This document shows, piece after piece, positions 1 to 4,938 of a DNA stretch of 10,906 nucleotides. Under the pieces are notes generated by a model. The model worked only from the letters and a program-made list of their open reading frames with translations. It was not told where the DNA came from and searched no databases. Numbering within the stretch: position 1 is the first letter of the stretch; each line of letters begins with the position of its first letter. The position numbers and the translations under genes are program-made. This DNA comes from Bdellovibrionales bacterium (GTDB lineage Bacteria; Bdellovibrionota; Bdellovibrionia; Bdellovibrionales; JAGQZY01), in contig JANPLN010000046.1 of NCBI GenBank assembly GCA_031426555.1, positions 1 through 10,906 of the forward strand, written 5' to 3'.

Positions 1-395
1 CCCGGCATTTTTCTATGGGTGATCACCACTTCGATTTTATTTTCACTGATAAAGGCCGCACAATCAACTTCGCGAACTTCGTCGTTTGTGCATATCGAAG
101 TCGCCTTATTTTTTGAGACAAGCACAAATTCAGACATGAGGGGCAAAACGTTGCGCCCGGTCTGTAAGACTTTTTGCTTTTGTGCCTCTTTTGCCAACTG
201 ATCAGGGGACACGCAAAGAAGGAGTTTTTCTCTCTCGGTGAGAGGCCAAATGGAAACGGCCGCATTGTAGTCTTCTCCACAGGGTTTTAAGTCTTTCTCC
301 GCTTTGCTGTAACCCTTCTTGATCAGACTTTCGATGGGTCCAGCGTGCGAGTGAAGTGCCACGGCCAAAATAAGAAAAAGGAGGAGTGTTTTCAT
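1..395 (-). CDS. Secreted hypothetical protein, partial (3' end lies beyond the window's left edge)
   Basis: Manual translation from ATG at 395 is open to position 1: MKTLLLFLILAVALHSHAGPIESLIKKGYSKAEKDLKPCGEDYNAAVSIWPLTEREKLLLCVSPDQLAKEAQKQKVLQTGRNVLPLMSEFVLVSKNKATSICTNDEVREVDCAAFISENKIEVVITHRKMP. It has a typical Sec signal peptide (MK, hydrophobic core, SHA|G) and four Cys. No family recognised. Confidence 0.8.
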   Translation of the reverse strand, partial: MKTLLLFLILAVALHSHAGPIESLIKKGYSKAEKDLKPCGEDYNAAVSIWPLTEREKLLLCVSPDQLAKEAQKQKVLQTGRNVLPLMSEFVLVSKNKATSICTNDEVREVDCAAFISENKIEVVITHRKMP

Positions 396-401
396 AAATT
401 C

Positions 402-430
402 ATTGTGTCGTGCTTGGGGTTTTTTGGCAA
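402..430 (-). promoter_or_regulatory. Putative sigma70 promoter for the leftward secreted protein
   Basis: The minus strand reads TTGCCA (430-425), 17 nt, CACAAT (407-402), 6 nt, ATG (395). No Shine-Dalgarno is present. Confidence 0.5.
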
Positions 431-447
431 ATGCCGATAAAGAAACA

Positions 448-1377
448 GTGCGATCATTCTTAGCTGTTTTCTTATTTTGTTTCTCTGCTTGTTTCTCGGC
501 GGCTGCCCAGGGCCCTAAGGCCGACTGGTCCTATGTCGAGAAGAAACTTTCCAGGGTCGGCTTTCAGCGTGGGTACATAAAAGCTCTTAAAAAAAGTTAC
601 GAACCCAAACATTTTGAAACCGTAGTTAAACTGAATTTGCTTTTATTTTTGGTCAAAGCCAACTACCACAAAGTGCAAGTCACTGCTGAGGGCGAAAAAA
701 ATGTTCTTTCGTTTTTAGCGAAAAACGAAAAAGTCTTTGCTCAAGCGGAAAAGGAATTTGGAGTTCCGCGAAATGTGATTGCCAGTCTTTTGTGGATCGA
801 GACTCGTCACGGTCAAAATCAGGGAATGTTCCATGTCGCAAGCGCCTACCTGCATCTTTTGCAATCAGAGCGCCCATCGGTAAAACAATTTTTACAAGAT
901 AAAGCCGTAGATTTTACGAAGAACGTCACCAAAAAACAGCGCGCCGAAATCGCCAAGCGCACAAAAACAAAAGCCGAGTGGGCTTTAAAAGAGCTTCGAT
1001 CTTTACAGGCTTTGTATAAAAAAAATTCCCAGCTGGCAATGAAGCTGCGAGGATCGTTTTCGGGAGCTTTTGGACTTCCCCAATTTCTGCCCTCAAGTTA
1101 CGAGATGTACGCAACGTCTTGTAAGGCGGGAAAGGTCGCCGACCTTTACGTACCGGCCGACGCCATCTGCAGTGTGGGATCCTACTTAAAAAAACACGGC
1201 TGGCGCGCTTCAAAAAGTAAGACGCATTTGGCAGCGCTGATGAAGTACAACAACAGCCGCGATTACGCCGAAGCCATTCTCAAGCTCGCCGAAAAAACCA
1301 AAGGTAAAACCGCAAAACGTTTGCCCTCAAACGCCGGCCAGGGCTTGCCTCAAAAAGATAAAGCCGATATACAATAA
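448..1377 (+). CDS. mltB: Lytic murein transglycosylase, MltB/Slt35 family (GH103), exported
   Basis: Family motifs are GVPRNVIASLLWIETRHG (catalytic Glu codon 799-801), GSFSGAFGLPQFLPSSY, DAICSVGSYLKKHGW and YNNSRDYA. Starting at GTG 448 gives a clean signal peptide, MRSFLAVFLFCFSACFSAAA|Q; FSAC could alternatively be a weak lipobox. The track's start at 403 overlaps the divergent promoter. Confidence 0.88.
   Translation: MRSFLAVFLFCFSACFSAAAQGPKADWSYVEKKLSRVGFQRGYIKALKKSYEPKHFETVVKLNLLLFLVKANYHKVQVTAEGEKNVLSFLAKNEKVFAQAEKEFGVPRNVIASLLWIETRHGQNQGMFHVASAYLHLLQSERPSVKQFLQDKAVDFTKNVTKKQRAEIAKRTKTKAEWALKELRSLQALYKKNSQLAMKLRGSFSGAFGLPQFLPSSYEMYATSCKAGKVADLYVPADAICSVGSYLKKHGWRASKSKTHLAALMKYNNSRDYAEAILKLAEKTKGKTAKRLPSNAGQGLPQKDKADIQ
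1345..1373 (+). promoter_or_regulatory. Possible internal sigma70 promoter for the ceramidase-like gene, inside the mltB 3' end
   Basis: TTGCCT (1345-1350), 17 nt, TATACA (1368-1373), 6 nt, ATG (1380). An overlapping TACAAT lies at 1370-1375. Confidence 0.35.
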
Positions 1378-1379
1378 AA

Positions 1380-2108
1380 ATGTCGTTATACTCAGCAAAA
1401 CCTGTCGAAGTCACAATCCCAGAACACTGCCCCTGGCACCAGGGCCAAACATTTTACGGAACACCCAATGTGGACTGGTGCGAACCCACTGTGTGCGCTT
1501 GGATTAACGAACCCGCAAATACCTGGAGCAATCTGCCGTTTTTATTAATTGGCTTGTGGTTGTGGAAACGAACTTCCAAATCGCTGGTTCAAGCCTTTGG
1601 GCTGATCGTGTTCATCATGGGCGCCCTTTCAGCAGTTTATCACGCCACTAATAATTTACTCACTCAGTACTTTGATTTTTTTGGTATGGCCTTAATGACG
1701 AGTTTTTTCTTGGCGTTTATTCTTCGGCGCATTCTCAGCAGCGCAAAGGCTCCCGTGGCCCAAAAACCTTTTGACCACTATTTTTGGTTTTTTCTGAGCT
1801 GCAATCTAACTGTTTTAATTTTTTTGGGATTGTTAAAGCTTCCGGTGCAATTGATGCTGCTTTTAAACAGCATTCCTATTTTGTTGGCCGAGCTCTATTG
1901 TATGTTCGTTTTAAAGCGCACGAAAAAATTCTATTGGTTCGCCCTTAGTTTTGTGACGTTAGTGATTGCCCAGGTTTTTGCGCAAATCGATTTAAAACGT
2001 ATTTATTGTGAGCCAACAAATCTCATTATGCACGGCCACGTGGCTTGGCACTGCCTGTGCGCCGTCGCCATGGGCTTCGCAGGCATCCACATGAAAGAGA
2101 ATTCCTAG
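1380..2108 (+). CDS. Alkaline ceramidase-like CREST-superfamily membrane hydrolase (about 7 TM, Zn-dependent)
   Basis: VDWCE (D32-E35), NEPANTWSN, S84-AVY-H88, D99 (11 residues after the His), IDLKRIYC210 and H220-VAW-H224. This is the SxxxH...D...HxxxH CREST signature plus the ACER-type N-terminal motifs, with multiple hydrophobic segments. Confidence 0.85.
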   Translation: MSLYSAKPVEVTIPEHCPWHQGQTFYGTPNVDWCEPTVCAWINEPANTWSNLPFLLIGLWLWKRTSKSLVQAFGLIVFIMGALSAVYHATNNLLTQYFDFFGMALMTSFFLAFILRRILSSAKAPVAQKPFDHYFWFFLSCNLTVLIFLGLLKLPVQLMLLLNSIPILLAELYCMFVLKRTKKFYWFALSFVTLVIAQVFAQIDLKRIYCEPTNLIMHGHVAWHCLCAVAMGFAGIHMKENS

Positions 2109-2794
2109 CTGTTGCTACAGACTTTAAAGTTGTCGTAGTTAAAGCGAACAAAAAAGTGACAGGTGAGTGCGCCCAGTGTGTGCCAAAGGAAATGGCTTCC
2201 CATGGGAAGAAATTCCATAGCCGATGTTCTATCCAAAAACCGCAGAGTGATGGCGGTGCAAACGCAAAGAGTGGCGTACACCAAATAGCGCACGTCGAAA
2301 AAACTTTTGTGGCGAATGCACAAAAAAAGCGGCGCCAAAACTAAAACGGCAAGAATCGGATACCCCAACGACATCAGTAAACCCACCGGTAGAAATAATT
2401 TAAGGGCGATGATAACGATAGCCAATGGAACAAACGTCGCAAGCCAACTGTAAACCCAGCTTTTTAAAAGTTGTCGCCAGTAGTAGCTGCAGCAGATGAG
2501 TGCGGTGACCATGATAGGTCCCCAATCCATAAGCAGCCAAATTTTGTTGTCGCGAAAACTGTGGTAGAGAAAGCCGCCAACAAAACCAACAAAAATAATG
2601 GGCAGGGTCACAATAAGAAGCGGGTGCTGCTGCCAATTTTTTCTAATTTTCCAGGTCCAATAAATTACAAAAAGTAAAAAGAAAAGTGTGGTGACAGTAT
2701 TCCAAGGCTCCACGGGCCAGCGACCATATACGGTTTCTTTATAAATGGGGCCCCAGTCGATGGGTGAAATAGCTTCTAGCGTTTGCTCTGGCAT
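2105..2794 (-). CDS. Second CREST-superfamily membrane protein (bacterial ceramidase/haemolysin-III-like type)
   Basis: GPIYKET...VEPWNT, GGFLYH78, D90-WGPI and GSHFLWH, with about 7 hydrophobic segments. The three His and the Asp are retained, but the Ser of SxxxH is Gly and there is no DWCE motif. Confidence 0.8.
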   Translation of the reverse strand: MPEQTLEAISPIDWGPIYKETVYGRWPVEPWNTVTTLFFLLFVIYWTWKIRKNWQQHPLLIVTLPIIFVGFVGGFLYHSFRDNKIWLLMDWGPIMVTALICCSYYWRQLLKSWVYSWLATFVPLAIVIIALKLFLPVGLLMSLGYPILAVLVLAPLFLCIRHKSFFDVRYLVYATLCVCTAITLRFLDRTSAMEFLPMGSHFLWHTLGALTCHFFVRFNYDNFKVCSNS

Positions 2795-2800
2795 GGCGAC

Positions 2801-2858
2801 AAACTAGGGGAGTCTTTGTTGCAGGTCAAGTTGACCCTCCTGGAAAAAAGTTTAGAAT
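2801..2858. promoter_or_regulatory. Back-to-back divergent sigma70 promoters sharing the palindrome GGTCAA-G-TTGACC (2824-2836)
   Basis: Minus strand: TTGACC (2829-2824), 17 nt, TAGTTT (2806-2801). Plus strand: TTGACC (2831-2836), 16 nt, TAGAAT (2853-2858). Confidence 0.6.
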
Positions 2859-2886
2859 GCGGCTTGTACCAACACTGGAGGAAACA

Positions 2887-3423
2887 ATGAAAATTTTCGT
2901 AATGATTGGAGTGCTTATGGGTTTAACAACTGCTAACGCTGCGGGTTCAATTTATGAACAGACTGTGACAACCATCGATGGAAAAAAAACAACGCTTGCG
3001 GAATATAAAGGAAAACCCCTTCTGGTGGTCAATATCGCCACTCAGTGTGGGTATACCCCGCAGCTGACAGGACTCGAAAAACTCTATCAAAAGTACAAGG
3101 CCCAAGGTTTAGTCGTTGTGGGAATTCCCAGTAACGAGTTTGGCGGCCAAACACCTGAAAAAGATGCGGACGTTAAAACCTTTTGCAAAGTTCACCACGG
3201 CGTTACTTTCCCGTTGATGTCCAAATCCATGGTGCTTGGAGAACAAAAGTCGCCAGTGATTAAATGGCTTTTGGAGCAAGGTCCTTCACAAAAAGAAATC
3301 GGCTGGAACTTTGAAAAGTTTTTGGTAACACCAGACGGAAAAGTAGCAGCGCGCTTTGGGCCCTCTGATAAGCCTGACTCAGCGGCCGTCACAGCAGCCA
3401 TCGAAAAAACCATCAAAAAATAA
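2887..3423 (+). CDS. gpx: Glutathione peroxidase-family (BtuE-like, Cys-type) peroxidase with N-terminal signal peptide
   Basis: VNIATQCGYTPQ (peroxidatic Cys is TGT), GIPSNEFGGQ, FC (candidate resolving Cys), FPLMSK and WNFEKFLV. SD GGAGGA at 2877-2882 supports ATG 2887, giving the leader MKIFVMIGVLMGLTTANA|A. Confidence 0.93.
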   Translation: MKIFVMIGVLMGLTTANAAGSIYEQTVTTIDGKKTTLAEYKGKPLLVVNIATQCGYTPQLTGLEKLYQKYKAQGLVVVGIPSNEFGGQTPEKDADVKTFCKVHHGVTFPLMSKSMVLGEQKSPVIKWLLEQGPSQKEIGWNFEKFLVTPDGKVAARFGPSDKPDSAAVTAAIEKTIKK

Positions 3424-3451
3424 AAGCTATAAAATATTGAGAGTATCAAAG

Positions 3452-3475
3452 CTTAAGGAACCTCGGTTCCTTAAG
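3452..3475. terminator. Hairpin between convergent gpx and ferritin-like genes; probable bidirectional terminator
   Basis: Perfect inverted repeat CTTAAGGAACC-TC-GGTTCCTTAAG in the intergenic gap. U-tracts are weak on both sides. Confidence 0.6.
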
Positions 3476-3497
3476 TAAGCTCTCTGTATCAGCTTTA

Positions 3498-3923
3498 TTA
3501 TTTTCCCGAACGCAGCATTTTGTTCACTTCGGAAATGTGCATCTCTTCTTCGCTGATCAATTTGCGAGCATACTCTTCGAGGCCAACATACTCACCTTCC
3601 ACGATCTTCAAAAGTTCGTAATAAAGGGCCAGTTGGCCCTTTTCGTGATCAATACTCTCTTTAAGAATATCCTGGATGGAATGTTTTTCTGTTTCGAGAA
3701 GTTTCGCAATTTTTAGCGACGGGTGCCCCTCGAGGGTGGTGATAAACTCTCCGATTTGCTGCGCATGGGCGAGAGATTCCGTGGCTTGATCGCGAAGCCA
3801 TTTTACAATCGGGATGCGGTTGTGACCAAAAACCATAAATGAATAGTGCGTGTAGCGCACAACACCTGCCAGTTCGTGTTCAAGAATAGCATTGAGTGTA
3901 GAAACGATTTTATCCTGGCTCAT
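3498..3923 (-). CDS. Short bacterioferritin-like di-iron four-helix-bundle protein (141 aa)
   Basis: LNAILEHELAGVVRY...ATESLAHA...LEGHP...DHEKG...SEEEMH gives the E / ExxxH-type / E / EExH ferroxidase-like ligand pattern. SD-like GAGGT lies just upstream of ATG 3923. Confidence 0.88.
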   Translation of the reverse strand: MSQDKIVSTLNAILEHELAGVVRYTHYSFMVFGHNRIPIVKWLRDQATESLAHAQQIGEFITTLEGHPSLKIAKLLETEKHSIQDILKESIDHEKGQLALYYELLKIVEGEYVGLEEYARKLISEEEMHISEVNKMLRSGK

Positions 3924-4015
3924 GGGACCTCGCGAATGTTGAGTTGTGGGCCATTAGTATTTCTAAAAAGATTGCATTTGAACAGTTCTATTTTTGTTAT
4001 AAGCTCGGAAACTCT

Positions 4016-4861
4016 ATGTCGTTTGGTATTTTTTTGCTAATTATTGCGGCTTCATTTTTCCAAGCCTGGTGGAATTTTCATCTTAAAAAAGTAAAAGTCG
4101 ATAAATCGGCGTTTTTATTTGTGGGATGGTTGTCTCTGGGCGTGGTGTCGGTGCCGCTCAGTTTATTTTTTATAGATAAACCTTTAGATCCCACCTGGTG
4201 GCACTTTGTTTTAGCTACAGGCCTGATTCAGGGGATGTACTTGGTTGTCCTAAGCACCGCTTACACGCTGGCCGATGTGTCGCTGGTTTTTCCGCTGGCG
4301 CGCGGGTTAAGTATTGCGCTGACCACAATCACTCTTGTGGTGTTTGCAAAACTTCCCGTGAATCAAGTGGGAGTTGCCGGGATCTGCATTATTTTTTTTG
4401 GCTCGATGCTACTGGCGTTTCGTCATTGGACGTCGGAAAAAAACCGCCAAGCCATGATGCTCGCTGGAGTCATTGCTTTGCTGATTTCGTCTTACACGGT
4501 GCTTGATAGTTTTGGCGCACAAAAAATTCCCATCGTATTTTATGTCGCGGTCATGAATATCGTGGGTCCCCTCGCGGCCTTGCCGTGGCTTTATCAGAGC
4601 AAAAAAAATGATTTCGTTTTTGTGTTCAAGCATCATTTGCTTTTAGCGTTCCTTGTGGGGCTGGCAGGTTCTGCTGCTTATTTAATCGTGATTTGGGCCT
4701 ACTCCCAGGCGCCGGCCCCCTACGTATTGGCCCTCCGCGAGGTCTCCATCGTCATAGCGTCATTGTTAGGAATCCTTTACCTAAAGGAGCCTGTAACGCG
4801 TTTAAAAATCGCAGGAATTGCTTTTATTCTAGCTGGTATCTTATTGATTAAGCTAGCATAA
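4016..4861 (+). CDS. EamA/DMT-family transporter (two EamA repeats, about 10 TM)
   Basis: QAWWN, AYTLADVSLVFPLARG, SSYTVLD, AYLIVIWA, ALREVSIVIASLLGILYLKE and IAGIAFILAG. ATG 4016 is preferred over the track's start at 3944, which would run through the divergent promoter region. Confidence 0.88.
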   Translation: MSFGIFLLIIAASFFQAWWNFHLKKVKVDKSAFLFVGWLSLGVVSVPLSLFFIDKPLDPTWWHFVLATGLIQGMYLVVLSTAYTLADVSLVFPLARGLSIALTTITLVVFAKLPVNQVGVAGICIIFFGSMLLAFRHWTSEKNRQAMMLAGVIALLISSYTVLDSFGAQKIPIVFYVAVMNIVGPLAALPWLYQSKKNDFVFVFKHHLLLAFLVGLAGSAAYLIVIWAYSQAPAPYVLALREVSIVIASLLGILYLKEPVTRLKIAGIAFILAGILLIKLA

Positions 4862-4886
4862 TTTGGATAAATGCCGGACTTGTAAA

Positions 4887-4932
4887 TCTTAACCGTTTCT
4901 TAACCAGATGCCAACAATGTGAAGTGTATAAA
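4887..4932 (+). promoter_or_regulatory. Pho-box-like tandem direct repeats plus -10 element of the pst operon
   Basis: TCTTAACC occurs at 4887-4894 and 4898-4905 (11-bp period). A degenerate in-phase third unit, GCCAACA, lies at 4910-4916, then 10 nt, then TATAAA (4927-4932), directly upstream of pstS. Confidence 0.72.
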
Positions 4933-4938
4933 TAGGGA

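Noticed and set aside
19..280. Track ORFs 19..201 (+) and 23..280 (-)
   Set aside because: Both lie within the longer minus-strand frame starting at 395, which has a signal peptide and a promoter candidate. They have no recognisable features.
2513..2758. Pentapeptide DWGPI occurring twice in the second CREST protein (residues 13-17 and 90-94)
   Set aside because: The codons differ and the flanks do not align. Each copy fits a separate family motif, so this is probably coincidence rather than internal duplication.
3046..3048. Possible selenocysteine in the glutathione peroxidase
   Set aside because: The active-site codon is TGT (Cys), with no in-frame TGA.
3452..3475. Hairpin as a CRISPR repeat or insertion-sequence end
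   Set aside because: It is a single copy in the window, with no spacers, cas genes, transposase or target-site duplication.
3978..4005. EamA promoter candidate TTGAAC-N16-TAAGCT
   Set aside because: It is plausible, but several overlapping weak alternatives exist in this AT-rich stretch and I could not pick one with confidence.
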